Virus record (IMG/VR): IMGVR_UViG_3300029682_000009
Location: 1-45,946 of that record
From: a virus
Length of the DNA stretch: 45,946 nt
Reading direction: 5' to 3' (one strand)
Shown here one piece after another: positions 19,567 to 28,077 of the stretch (its first letter is position 1; each line of letters opens with the position of its first letter). The notes under the pieces were generated by a model. It was not told the DNA's origin, searched no databases, and saw only the letters and a program-made list of their open reading frames with translations. A program made the position numbers and the translations under genes.

Positions 19567-19791
19567 CTAGGCTTGCTGGATGTTGTAAATGGCTCGGTGC
19601 TTAAGCCCACCGAGAGGCTGGCGGTTGTCGATAATCATTGAGGTCAATGAAACCGCTGAGATGTTAGCCGTCCGCCAGTTCTTTAATAATTCGATTTTGG
19701 AGTACGGGAGGACAATCGAAGATTGAGCGAACGGCCGAAAAACAAAAAGCCCCGAAATCGGAGCTCTTATGTAATCGATTGGCTTAATCAT
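19567..19791 (-). CDS. Hypothetical protein
   Basis: Start set at MIKPIDYIRAP; 74 aa. Confidence 0.35.
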   Translation of the reverse strand: MIKPIDYIRAPISGLFVFRPFAQSSIVLPYSKIELLKNWRTANISAVSLTSMIIDNRQPLGGLKHRAIYNIQQA

Positions 19792-19927
19792 CGTATCCTC
19801 TTTTCTTTGGATACACGGGCTCCTCCGCAAGGAACCCGTTCAGATTAAGCCTATCGGCGCCTGAGTATCACAGGCTTGAAATTGTCTTATTGACGATACC
19901 ACACCGAGACACCCATTGCAATAAATG

Positions 19928-20629
19928 CTATTTCTTAGCCGGTGCTTCCACTTCCTTTAATTCTCTATCCGGGAATCTCGTAACACTAACCACGCCCCTC
20001 CGGAGCAAGGAGGCAGAGGCTACGTCACTCAATGTCATATACGCGGCCAACCCAGAGTTAAACTTGGCATTCTTCACGTTATGCACTGGAATCGTTTCTT
20101 TCCCATCACTCAAGAAGAGACTTATGTAATCGATTCCGAGAGCCTGATTTGTATCGTTCTTAAAGACCAACCGTACCTTCACATCCTTCGGACCATAAAT
20201 CGTGGCAGATCGCGATAACTCATCAATCTTGGTTTTTATGTCTTTTCCAATAAAAACATTCATGAACTGATTGTTTTGAGAGGAACCGATGCAAATCTCA
20301 TTGGCATTGCAATCCTTCAGCCCAATACCGCCCACTTTAAATGGGAGTTCAAACTGGGCGAAAGTGTCTATCCCGCTTCCTCTCTTGCACCCCAAATAAG
20401 TGGCATTTGGGAAAACGTAGTTAATTTTTTGCTTGGCCTCTAAGACAGAAGAACTTTCTAAGTCGCTCTTGTACTCTTTGCATGCCGGAACTTCAATATC
20501 CAATCGGGCATTCTTAATGACCGGAGCGCCAAAAACTTCAGAGTATGTGACTGGCATCGTGATTTCAGATTTGCATCCAGCCAATAGAAGTGCAGTCAGT
20601 CCAACTAGGACAGAAAGGGATTTATTCAT
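19928..20629 (-). CDS. Lipoprotein (moron)
   Basis: MNKSLSVLVGLTALLLAGC lipobox; flanked by about 100-nt non-coding regions, AT-rich. Confidence 0.7.
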   Translation of the reverse strand: MNKSLSVLVGLTALLLAGCKSEITMPVTYSEVFGAPVIKNARLDIEVPACKEYKSDLESSSVLEAKQKINYVFPNATYLGCKRGSGIDTFAQFELPFKVGGIGLKDCNANEICIGSSQNNQFMNVFIGKDIKTKIDELSRSATIYGPKDVKVRLVFKNDTNQALGIDYISLFLSDGKETIPVHNVKNAKFNSGLAAYMTLSDVASASLLRRGVVSVTRFPDRELKEVEAPAKK

Positions 20630-20737
20630 TTTCGATCTCCTAGGGTTTGTATGTAATTTTTAAATTTTATCAGGGCAAGTTGAGAAATAATCCGGCGAAT
20701 ATCCCATCTTTACCTGAGACATTCGCACTGTTTTCCC

Positions 20738-21223
20738 TTATTGTTTTTCTGCTTTATCCTTTGCCGCTTCATAAGCTCTTAGCCTAAGGGCAAAGATAAT
20801 CAAAGATTCTTTGATCCAACCTTCTAGTTTTACATCCTTTACCTTCCAGATTTTCCGTCCAGCTCTACGCAGAGCATAGTTATTGGAAAATACATAAAGG
20901 AGGATGATGTTCTTCGCCGTCTTAACGGTTAGCCCTCCCTCACCAATAGTAAAAAAATCGGCACCCGGTACATCCAAGTATTGCCAAACCAAGTTGAGTA
21001 AATCCGCGTCTTTTTGGTCAACCTTCATCGCAAAATCTTCTGAGCGATCATCCGGACCAGAATAATCCTCAGAAAAATCAGTCTTATTTCTCGTCAATGC
21101 GAGGGCTTTCTCTACTGCGTAGGCAATCGAGACGTTTTTAACAACACGATCACGGTACGCCCGGCGCCAGTTATCCAAACGAGGCCTGAGATCATCAATG
21201 AGTTTTTGTTCTGTTTCTGTCAT
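20738..21223 (-). CDS. Hypothetical protein in the late-regulator position
   Basis: 161-aa ORF, last gene of early-right block; no motif recognised. Confidence 0.4.
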   Translation of the reverse strand: MTETEQKLIDDLRPRLDNWRRAYRDRVVKNVSIAYAVEKALALTRNKTDFSEDYSGPDDRSEDFAMKVDQKDADLLNLVWQYLDVPGADFFTIGEGGLTVKTAKNIILLYVFSNNYALRRAGRKIWKVKDVKLEGWIKESLIIFALRLRAYEAAKDKAEKQ

Positions 21224-21429
21224 CCAAGAGTCCTCACGTAGCTAAACATGCAGTAGAGATAAATAATCCCGATGGCCGAGAGCCCAAAGAAATCCAACTT
21301 TTTCCTGAGCTTGTCGCGGTGCTCCAAAAAATCCGCAATCTTCTTAGCGACCCAAAGAAGGGCGTAGATTGCCATCACAGAATTGATCCACCAGAAAACA
21401 AATGCTTCAACGTTAAAATGCCTGAACAT
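21220..21429 (-). CDS. Small two-TM membrane protein
   Basis: Start set at MFRHFNVEAFVFWWINSVMAIYALLWV. Confidence 0.4.
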   Translation of the reverse strand: MFRHFNVEAFVFWWINSVMAIYALLWVAKKIADFLEHRDKLRKKLDFFGLSAIGIIYLYCMFSYVRTLG

Positions 21430-21769
21430 TCCAGCCCCCACCCTCTTTCTTTGGTCTCGGTGTGACGATAAACAACGGAATCGGACACTCATCAGCACAG
21501 ACTTTGCATTTAACTTTTGCGTCGTCAGCGAAGATTTTTAGAGAGCCCTTGACCTCGTGCAGCTCAAGCGTTTTATCTGGACGCATGACAAGAAAATCAG
21601 GCGTATACGAGCATCGGTTTGAGGCAATCTTCCACGTGAAGCGCTCGAACCAGTATTTGAGGATTAACCCAGCGTTTTTCTGTTGTTCTAAGTGGTCTCG
21701 ATAGGCGGCCTCGGTCCGGTTCATTTCTCCTACTTTTAACCTGCCCTTTGCTTGTAAAAACCTTTTCAT
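21413..21769 (-). CDS. PD-(D/E)XK-type nuclease, DUF1064-like (putative junction resolvase)
   Basis: NRTEAAYRDHLE...YTPDFLVMRPDKTLELHEVKG motif pattern. Confidence 0.55.
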   Translation of the reverse strand: MKRFLQAKGRLKVGEMNRTEAAYRDHLEQQKNAGLILKYWFERFTWKIASNRCSYTPDFLVMRPDKTLELHEVKGSLKIFADDAKVKCKVCADECPIPLFIVTPRPKKEGGGWNVQAF

Positions 21770-22108
21770 TTATCCCTCCTGATTGAGTTTGTGTTGTTTG
21801 GTTGAATTCTTTAATGCTGTTTCCAGAACATTAGAGTTCCGTTGAGCGATGATCTGAGCGTGTGAAGGCCAACGCTCAAACTGCGAGAAGAAGTCTCTCC
21901 TGCGTTGAATTTGCTCGTCTCCTGCCTGCTCGAACACGGAGCATCGAGCAAACGAGACCGGATAGCACTCGATTCCGGCGCCTTTGTCCGGATGGTGACA
22001 GTAGATGTTCATGTCCCCAAAGGACTGTTTTGGAGGCAGATGCTTCTTCCCGTCAGGTCCTATCCAAAAGGCCTGAGCATGAATGCAGTAGAGGCAGCAC
22101 CCGCTCAT
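21770..22108 (-). CDS. Cys/His-rich hypothetical protein
   Basis: MSGCCLYCIHAQ...YCHHPDKGAGIECYPVSFARC. Confidence 0.4.
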   Translation of the reverse strand: MSGCCLYCIHAQAFWIGPDGKKHLPPKQSFGDMNIYCHHPDKGAGIECYPVSFARCSVFEQAGDEQIQRRRDFFSQFERWPSHAQIIAQRNSNVLETALKNSTKQHKLNQEG

Positions 22109-22356
22109 TCAGACTTCCTTCGGAAAGCACAAACGAAATCGACAGCAATAACCATCCCCAAAATCTTCAGGCTGTAATCAATGTTCGATCCTGAGTAGGC
22201 GAACCATGCAAAGTCGATAAGGCTTAAGACTCCACCGGATAGACCTACCAGAGCGAAGAAATTAAGGACATCAAAGTTCATTTCGTTCCCTGCCAAATAG
22301 CAACCGATCACACAGCATCCGAGCACGTACACGCAAAAATATCCAAAAACGTCCAT
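22105..22356 (-). CDS. Small membrane protein
   Basis: 83 aa, three hydrophobic segments. Confidence 0.45.
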   Translation of the reverse strand: MDVFGYFCVYVLGCCVIGCYLAGNEMNFDVLNFFALVGLSGGVLSLIDFAWFAYSGSNIDYSLKILGMVIAVDFVCAFRRKSE

Positions 22357-22359
22357 GCT

Positions 22360-22503
22360 TTAACTCCTTTTTAACCGATCGGTTAATTTGGTTTCTTTAC
22401 TGATCTGAAGCGCCGCCCTCACGAGTAGCCCAAACAGCACCAGATTGATGAACACCACCGGCGCCAGCAGGATCATCAGCAGTGTCCAGGCAGAATCACT
22501 CAT
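22360..22503 (-). CDS. Small membrane protein (47 aa), not in ORF track
   Basis: MSDSAWTLLMILLAPVVFINLVLFGLLVRAALQISKETKLTDRLKRS with GAGGTGA RBS. Confidence 0.4.
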   Translation of the reverse strand: MSDSAWTLLMILLAPVVFINLVLFGLLVRAALQISKETKLTDRLKRS

Positions 22504-22511
22504 AGTTCACC

Positions 22512-23342
22512 TCAATCGAAAAGATCAGCAGTAGCGGGTTTACGCATGGATGGCCCGGCAAAAAGCATTGGCACGCATTTAGATCGCACACGGTCATAAA
22601 GACGGTCGCCGAGTAGTTCAGCCAGCGCCTTGGGCCCGAGATTGCTCATTAGGATGGTCGGCTTGTTTGAAGTCACTCGATTGTCGAGAATGGAAAAGAG
22701 GATTCTCTTTTCAGCCTCGGAGCCTTTTTGAACACCGACTTCATCAATTACCAAAAGCTGAATCGAAGAAAAGAACTTCAGCGTTTCCTCTTCGTTTGTT
22801 GAAGCTCCAGCCTGGTATGTGCTGCGGACGGCCGAGAAGATTTCGCTTGCTTTGTAATACCTTGGATAAGAGAATGCGTACTCTTTGAGAAGCTCGATCA
22901 TGATTGCGCAGGCAAGATGTGTCTTCCCAGTCCCGCAGCTTCCCAAAAACAGAAGTCCATATCCGCCTGCTTTTGCCTTCTCCCAGCCTTTAACAAAACG
23001 TCTTGCCAATTTGAAAGCGGCCTTTTGGCTGTCTGTCTCTTGAATGAAGGTTGAGAAGTCTTTGGTTTGATACTCAAGAGGCATACGGGTTTCTACAATT
23101 CTTTGCTTGCGGTTTCTCTCGGCTTCCTCTTTCCTTGCCTTCTCTTCATCAATAGCCCTTCGAGCTTCTTTGAGCTTAAAACATTCAGGACATTCGCTTA
23201 CTTCCTTGATCTGTCCGCTTAACCAGACTTGATTTGCAAGGTATTCCCCGTGCAATGGGCACATTGTTTTAACTTGCCGTATTTCCAATTTTCCGAGAAT
23301 GGTATTAACGGCTTTGAGATTTTTGGTTTCGGTGTTGTTCAT
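22512..23342 (-). CDS. DnaC/IstB-like AAA+ helicase loader
   Basis: Walker A GSCGTGKTHL, Walker B LLVIDEVG; N-terminal CPLHGEY..CPEC zinc-ribbon-like. Confidence 0.8.
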   Translation of the reverse strand: MNNTETKNLKAVNTILGKLEIRQVKTMCPLHGEYLANQVWLSGQIKEVSECPECFKLKEARRAIDEEKARKEEAERNRKQRIVETRMPLEYQTKDFSTFIQETDSQKAAFKLARRFVKGWEKAKAGGYGLLFLGSCGTGKTHLACAIMIELLKEYAFSYPRYYKASEIFSAVRSTYQAGASTNEEETLKFFSSIQLLVIDEVGVQKGSEAEKRILFSILDNRVTSNKPTILMSNLGPKALAELLGDRLYDRVRSKCVPMLFAGPSMRKPATADLFD

Positions 23343-24349
23343 AGTATTAAGTTCCCGTCTTTATCAAACTCGCACTGCTCCCGGTAGTACTCCTCAGTGA
23401 ATCCGCCAGGAGGTTCGTACTCGAAGGACGGAGCGTTGTTGAATTGGTTCTGGCTCTTCTTCTCTCGCTTAGCTTTGTCATTGATGCAGAATGTTGTGAA
23501 CGCCGCTTTGTAGTCTGCGTACTCAACATCCTTGGCTTTGCAGTAGGCGATCAGAGAATCAAACAGCGATTGCGGGTCTGGGACCCCGTACCGCTTGGCT
23601 ATCGCCAAATAATCCTCCGGGATCTGATCTCCGTCTTTGAAGGGACATGGGATCTTTTCCTTCTTCTGCCGTTTGGCCTTTGTCTTCTTCTCAACAATTT
23701 CTGTTTTGGAAACAGTTGTCTTCTGCAGCGGGAGCTCTTGTTCAACAGGAACGGTTTTTAAAGGAGTCTCTTTTTCACACGCACGCCCCGCGAAAGTTTT
23801 GGTGGCTTCTGGATGGTGTCCGTGGGTGTGTATTTCCTTATCCTGTTCCTGGTCCTGCTCCTGTTCCTGAATGCAACATGGTTGCCCGTTGGTACGTGAC
23901 ATGGCATCCTTGATGGCATCAATTAAGTCATTAGGGATGGCATTTCTCATTCCTACAGAAAGGCCATCGACAAAGGTTTTCAGGCGTGCAACATGCTTGT
24001 CCAAGAGGTCGCATTCGGGCATCAGATCAATCAATTCGCACCATGACTTGAATGCATTAGGAGAAGAAGGCGCGTTGTACTTTAGGAAGTTATTTATGAC
24101 AATTAGCCCTGCCTTCTCATCAGCATCAATCATGCCGTTTAAAGTGACTTCTTGGATGGCATGCGACATGGCATCTCGTTGCCAACCCAATTCGTCAGCA
24201 AGGTTTGAAACTCGTGTCCGGATAGTTCCTATCTGCGTGGTATCTGGATGAGTCAGGAGCAAAATAAAGGCAAGTTTGCCGTTATCCGAAAGCTCCCTGA
24301 ACTTCCTGTCATTCCACATTCGGACGTCTATTTTTCTATAGCGAGCCAT
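23339..24349 (-). CDS. Replication initiation/organiser protein
   Basis: 336 aa, between cro and DnaC-like loader; acidic EQEQDQEQD linker. Confidence 0.6.
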   Translation of the reverse strand: MARYRKIDVRMWNDRKFRELSDNGKLAFILLLTHPDTTQIGTIRTRVSNLADELGWQRDAMSHAIQEVTLNGMIDADEKAGLIVINNFLKYNAPSSPNAFKSWCELIDLMPECDLLDKHVARLKTFVDGLSVGMRNAIPNDLIDAIKDAMSRTNGQPCCIQEQEQDQEQDKEIHTHGHHPEATKTFAGRACEKETPLKTVPVEQELPLQKTTVSKTEIVEKKTKAKRQKKEKIPCPFKDGDQIPEDYLAIAKRYGVPDPQSLFDSLIAYCKAKDVEYADYKAAFTTFCINDKAKREKKSQNQFNNAPSFEYEPPGGFTEEYYREQCEFDKDGNLIL

Positions 24350-24361
24350 AGCGACTCCCAG

Positions 24362-24562
24362 TTAGTTGGCGACAGCGTGTTTAATCACCGGAATGCGTTT
24401 GAATTTTTTCTGCAAGAACAAAAGGCGACCTTCTGGCATTCCAGACTTAAGCCATCCAGAAACGCTGGCCGGTTTAACTTCACAGATGTTTGCAACAGCT
24501 GTAGTTCCGCCTAAAGAATCAACGATTAGGCGGGCTGTCTGAGTATCGGTTTTTTTGCGCAT
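24362..24562 (-). CDS. cro: Cro-like HTH regulator
   Basis: 66 aa, divergent from cI-like gene, LGGTTAVANICEVKPASVSGWL. Confidence 0.7.
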   Translation of the reverse strand: MRKKTDTQTARLIVDSLGGTTAVANICEVKPASVSGWLKSGMPEGRLLFLQKKFKRIPVIKHAVAN

Positions 24563-24574
24563 AGCTAAATTTTT

Positions 24575-24667
24575 CCTAATTTTTGCCTTATTAAATTATA
24601 AGGTTTTCCGAATTACTTAATCAATGCGCCTAATTATTTTTCTTTAAAATGTATTAGGAAAACCTAA
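24575..24667. promoter_or_regulatory. Immunity switch: rightward promoter and three operator-like sites
   Basis: Minus strand TTGATT-18-TATAAT (24619..24624 / 24595..24600); CCTAATTTTTGCCTTA 24575..24590; TAAGGTTTTCCGAA 24599..24612; TTAGGAAAACCTAA 24654..24667. Confidence 0.65.
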
Positions 24668-24686
24668 TAAAGAAAGGGTTACTCAA

Positions 24687-25370
24687 ATGAACGAAAAAAC
24701 AACATTGGCAGAGCGTTTAACCTTGGCGTTGAGTGATTCCGGATTAAAGAAAAGTGACATCGCTAGGTTATGTTTTATCTCCCCGGCATCTGTATCAGAT
24801 TGGTTTTCCGGTAAGTCAAAAAGCATCAAGTCCATTTACCTTCCCAAAGTTGCCAAGGTTCTTGGCGTCTCCTCGACATGGCTTGCGACTGGGAACGGTC
24901 CCATGAAATCCCCAAACGTACTGGTGACAGAGGATGTGTGTGATGACGATGATTGGGTAGAGATTCCTGAGTACAAAATCCGATTTGCGGCAGGTTTCGA
25001 ACAAAACTCCACATTGGAAGAACTGGCTTCTGAATACAAAGCTGCTTATCGTCGTTCATGGTTCCAGAGAAAGCACGTCAATCCAGAAGACTGCAAGCGC
25101 TTCAAAGTAAAAGGAGATTCCATGGAACCTCTTTTGCTAGACCATGATGTTGTCTTAGTTGATTGCTCCAAAACTGAGATCATCGATGGCCGAATCTATG
25201 CCTTTGTTTTTGGGGATGCTTTAAGAGTAAAGCGGCTTTATAGAAAAATCGACGGCTCGATAATGGTGCATTCAGAAAATCCAAACTTTCCGGATGAAAC
25301 CATTAAGCCAGCAGACACTGAGCAAGTTCAAATTATCGGAGAAGTCATTGAAAGATCTGGATCAGTTTGA
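24687..25370 (+). CDS. cI: CI-like repressor (XRE HTH plus S24 LexA-type peptidase domain)
   Basis: N-terminal LKKSDIARLCFISPASVSDWFSG; C-terminal VKGDSMEPLL ... LRVKRL. Confidence 0.85.
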   Translation: MNEKTTLAERLTLALSDSGLKKSDIARLCFISPASVSDWFSGKSKSIKSIYLPKVAKVLGVSSTWLATGNGPMKSPNVLVTEDVCDDDDWVEIPEYKIRFAAGFEQNSTLEELASEYKAAYRRSWFQRKHVNPEDCKRFKVKGDSMEPLLLDHDVVLVDCSKTEIIDGRIYAFVFGDALRVKRLYRKIDGSIMVHSENPNFPDETIKPADTEQVQIIGEVIERSGSV

Positions 25371-25391
25371 TAAAGATTTAGGAGAAGAAAA

Positions 25392-25958
25392 ATGCTTTTC
25401 TGTGAACGAGGCATCCGTGCTCCCGAACGCCTTTATTCTTTAAATAAATTTTATGTGATACCGTCTGAAGCAGAGAAAAAATGGAAACTCATGGGTATAT
25501 ACGTACCCATATTTTTCTTTTTCATATCTCACGCTAAGGCGGGCATGTCGGCAGAGATCTTGAATCAAACTGCGACTTTATTATGTGAAGCCTTGTTCAA
25601 GAAGAAATACAAAAGAAGCTTTTTCTTCTTCAAAAAACTTATCGAAGACCCTTTTGAAGATTATTGGGATGAAGTCATTGGCATAGCATTTTCAGCAGTT
25701 TGGCAACAAGCGAAATGGGGCGACTTCATGGAAAAGGGATACAGCATGTCATGGCACCTGGGCAGACAATTTGAATATATGTCGGTTTTGAACTTTCGCC
25801 CAAATTTCCTTAGATCTAGGTTAGAAGTCGATGAGGAATTGACAAGAATTTATCAGTCCGAGTGCAAAAAGGAAAAAGAAATTTCAGCCCTTGCGTGGAG
25901 GCTATCTCGGATGCCTGCTTCAGAAAGAGAGAAGCTGTTGCAACGAAGATACCAATAA
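25392..25958 (+). CDS. Hypothetical protein, first gene downstream of repressor
   Basis: AGGAG RBS 7 nt before ATG; contains weak hairpin plus T-run at 25491..25522, so alternative start at 25545 (MSAEILNQ) is possible. Confidence 0.45.
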   Translation: MLFCERGIRAPERLYSLNKFYVIPSEAEKKWKLMGIYVPIFFFFISHAKAGMSAEILNQTATLLCEALFKKKYKRSFFFFKKLIEDPFEDYWDEVIGIAFSAVWQQAKWGDFMEKGYSMSWHLGRQFEYMSVLNFRPNFLRSRLEVDEELTRIYQSECKKEKEISALAWRLSRMPASEREKLLQRRYQ

Positions 25959-26049
25959 CTCACCCAAAAGAGAAGGACAGCCGAAGGTTCGGGGCTTTGT
26001 GCGACACATATCAACGCAAGGACATTTATAAAAGAATTTAGGAGGCAAA

Positions 26050-26514
26050 ATGTCTCAGTACGATGTTCCAGAAAACGATGCAAGAGAAATAATGCTACTG
26101 CCAAAGGAGGGAGAACCAAATGACTGGATTGCAAATGATGGCTCGGAGAATGTTATTTCAATGGCTTTCCCTGCCGTTGTTACTAAGGGTCCTCCGTTAT
26201 CTGGACTGAAGGTTGTTTTTGATTACAAATACCCTCGCGACATTCCTGGCGAAAGGATACGAGCAACACTCTTTCAAGAAACAGGTAAAAAGAGACAACG
26301 AATGCGGCAGCGCGTCTATCAAATCGAGGTCAGATCTGGGAAGATTTCTTCTGCTCACCAATTGCCACATGAGCACATTGGAACGCTAAGATTAAACTTT
26401 GACAAAGTACTTAACTTTAGCGAGTGCTTGGATCTATTTTGCGAAAGATGTAATTTAACAATTTGTGGGGATCAGGAGATTCTTGATCCCGGAAAATTCG
26501 AGTTATTGCCATGA
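26050..26514 (+). CDS. Hypothetical 154-aa protein
   Basis: TAGGAGG RBS; ATGA overlap with next gene; no family recognised. Confidence 0.55.
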   Translation: MSQYDVPENDAREIMLLPKEGEPNDWIANDGSENVISMAFPAVVTKGPPLSGLKVVFDYKYPRDIPGERIRATLFQETGKKRQRMRQRVYQIEVRSGKISSAHQLPHEHIGTLRLNFDKVLNFSECLDLFCERCNLTICGDQEILDPGKFELLP

Positions 26515-27278
26515 TGAACGAAAGATTGCCTGATATTCTAGGAGAAAGCTTTCAGTTAGTACTAATGCAAGAGAAATCTTCCATTTGGCAACTCTCTTTG
26601 CCTATCAAAACTCTCGATAACGACAACTTTGAAATCTATCTAAGAAAAACGGGCAAAAACTATCACCTCTTCGATGATGGGAACACATTGTGGACCGCCA
26701 CTGGCTTAGGTGCGAAATCTAAACTCTTCAAAGAGAAGCTTGCACTTGTAGCTCACATAAATGAACTAAACCTAGATAAGTTCGGCGAGTTGAATGCTAC
26801 CTGCACTGAAGATAATTTGATTGAAACCGTCGGAAAGTTCATTAAAGCGTTAAATCAAACAGATTTATTTTTAGCTACCGACCCAGAGCTTTTCCAGGTT
26901 AAAGAAAACCTATATGAAATTGCCAAAAACATGTTGTCTGAGCTAACCACCGCGTTAATTTGTAAGCCAAAGGTTAGTTTCACCGGATACTCGACCAATA
27001 AATATTCTTTCGATTTTAAGATCAACGATTTACTAGTCGATGCCTTACCGCCATCCGGAAACAGTATCAACTCTTGCATAGCTAAAGTAGTCGATATCAG
27101 AGCAGCGCTTTCCGATGAAAGGGAGAAAAACTTTTATCCAACTGCTTTAATTGACGACAGATTCGTTGATAAAAAAGACAAGCATATAAATGGATTTTTG
27201 AAAAAATTAACAACAATAATGAGCGCCTATACTTTTTCCCAAGCTCCTAGTCTCATTGAAAGATCTTCTTTCCTTTAA
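26511..27278 (+). CDS. DUF1828/DUF1829-like protein
   Basis: LPIKTLDNDNFEIYLRKTGKNYHLFDDGNTLWTATGLG...LNLDKFGELNATCTEDNLIETVGKFIKALNQTDLF matches my recollection of the DUF1828 pattern. Confidence 0.5.
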   Translation: MMNERLPDILGESFQLVLMQEKSSIWQLSLPIKTLDNDNFEIYLRKTGKNYHLFDDGNTLWTATGLGAKSKLFKEKLALVAHINELNLDKFGELNATCTEDNLIETVGKFIKALNQTDLFLATDPELFQVKENLYEIAKNMLSELTTALICKPKVSFTGYSTNKYSFDFKINDLLVDALPPSGNSINSCIAKVVDIRAALSDEREKNFYPTALIDDRFVDKKDKHINGFLKKLTTIMSAYTFSQAPSLIERSSFL

Positions 27279-27288
27279 TTCAGCTGCA

Positions 27289-27332
27289 CCGCCTCCGGGC
27301 GGTTTTTTATTGCCGCGAGAGCGGCTTTTTTT
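27289..27332 (+). terminator. Tandem rho-independent terminators ending the repressor operon
   Basis: CCGCC-TCCG-GGCGG-TTTTTT then GCCGC-GAGA-GCGGC-TTTTTTT. Confidence 0.85.
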
Positions 27333-27386
27333 GTTGCCTAAAAGCGCAAACACAGACATTCAGATCAATGAGAACTAAGAAAAATT

Positions 27387-27449
27387 TTAGGAAAAAATTT
27401 AGGTTTTCCTAATTTTTCCCTTGTTTCTGCCTAATTTTTACCTTATACT
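27387..27449 (+). promoter_or_regulatory. Leftward-type early promoter with operator sites matching those at 24575..24667
   Basis: TTGTTT-17-TATACT (27421..27426 / 27444..27449); TTAGGTTTTCCTAA 27399..27412 is the exact reverse complement of 24654..24667; CCTAATTTTTACCTTA 27430..27445. Confidence 0.65.
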
Positions 27450-27965
27450 TCTCCTTAATGATTTTAAGGAGATAACTAATGTTTCTCTAAGGTAAACAAT
27501 TTCAGAATCTGGGCCATGGAGTACTAAACCCGGACGCAGCAGACAGAAGCAGAGTCTGTGAGCGAAAAAATTCGAAACGGCCAAGTGCAGGCGGTGCTGG
27601 TCACGCGAAGACAGACAATCGAACACCAGCAGTCAGTGAAGTGAATGAGTAAGGCAAACGGTAGCCACGAAACACTTTTCAGCTAGAGACCTCTGACAAA
27701 TAAAGGCATTTGAGATGCACGCAGTATCAAGAACAGCAAACCTGCGTTGAGGTCCCGAGAAGCTAACCAGATGAGGAAATCAAAACCAAGAACAGAAACT
27801 CGGGCGTCCCAGTCTCGTGAACTGGGTGAGCTAAGCGCTCTCGCAAGAGTAAGAGAAGAGCGCAAACAAAAGCGCCTTCTTTGTCACTCACCCAAAGACG
27901 AACGATCTTTAACTTGGAGGGCGCTTCTATTTGTTAGTTGAGCTATTAGAAAAATTCTAATAACT

Positions 27966-28044
27966 CATTCATAAGCCTCCGCGCACGGGTCATGTACTGC
28001 TAATCAACCCGAAATCGCAAATACAGCGCGGGGGCTTATGAATG
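27966..28044 (+). other. 19-bp stem / 41-nt loop RNA hairpin at the end of the long leader
   Basis: CATTCATAAGCCTCCGCGC ... GCGCGGGGGCTTATGAATG, one G-U pair; ends 34 nt before the first good start codon. Confidence 0.6.
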
Positions 28045-28077
28045 TGGTCTTTCTTACATAGTTTTAAGGAGAGAAAA

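Noticed and set aside
19419-19610. 63-aa minus-strand ORF in the gap upstream of the ParB-like gene
   Set aside because: It has no RBS, overlaps the end of the upstream ORF and spans the G-run and hairpin region. Its sequence looks non-protein-like.
23841-23869. CCTGTTCCTGG-type nucleotide repeats inside the replication gene as origin iterons
   Set aside because: They simply encode an EQEQDQEQD acidic linker. No adjacent AT-rich unwinding region or further iteron copies were visible. An ori inside this gene remains possible but is unsupported.
391-24251. Numerous plus-strand ORFs inside the minus-strand structural and replication genes (e.g. 3620..4180, 12271..12954, 13213..13710, 17671..18114, 23871..24251)
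   Set aside because: Each lies antisense within a longer ORF that has recognisable phage protein features and operon-style overlaps. None has an RBS that I could see, and their compositions look like shadow frames.
27438-27941. ORFs 27438..27626 (-), 27683..27865 (-) and 27747..27941 (+) within the long leader
   Set aside because: They have no RBS and biased Arg/Ser/Leu content. They overlap predicted stems and the promoter/operator region, so I treated the interval as non-coding RNA.
28042-28077. Tracked upstream starts 28042 (and 33177 and 32790 for later genes)
   Set aside because: These starts fall inside a hairpin arm or a terminator, or use GTG/TTG. Downstream ATGs with proper RBSs were preferred: 28078, 33207 and 32796.
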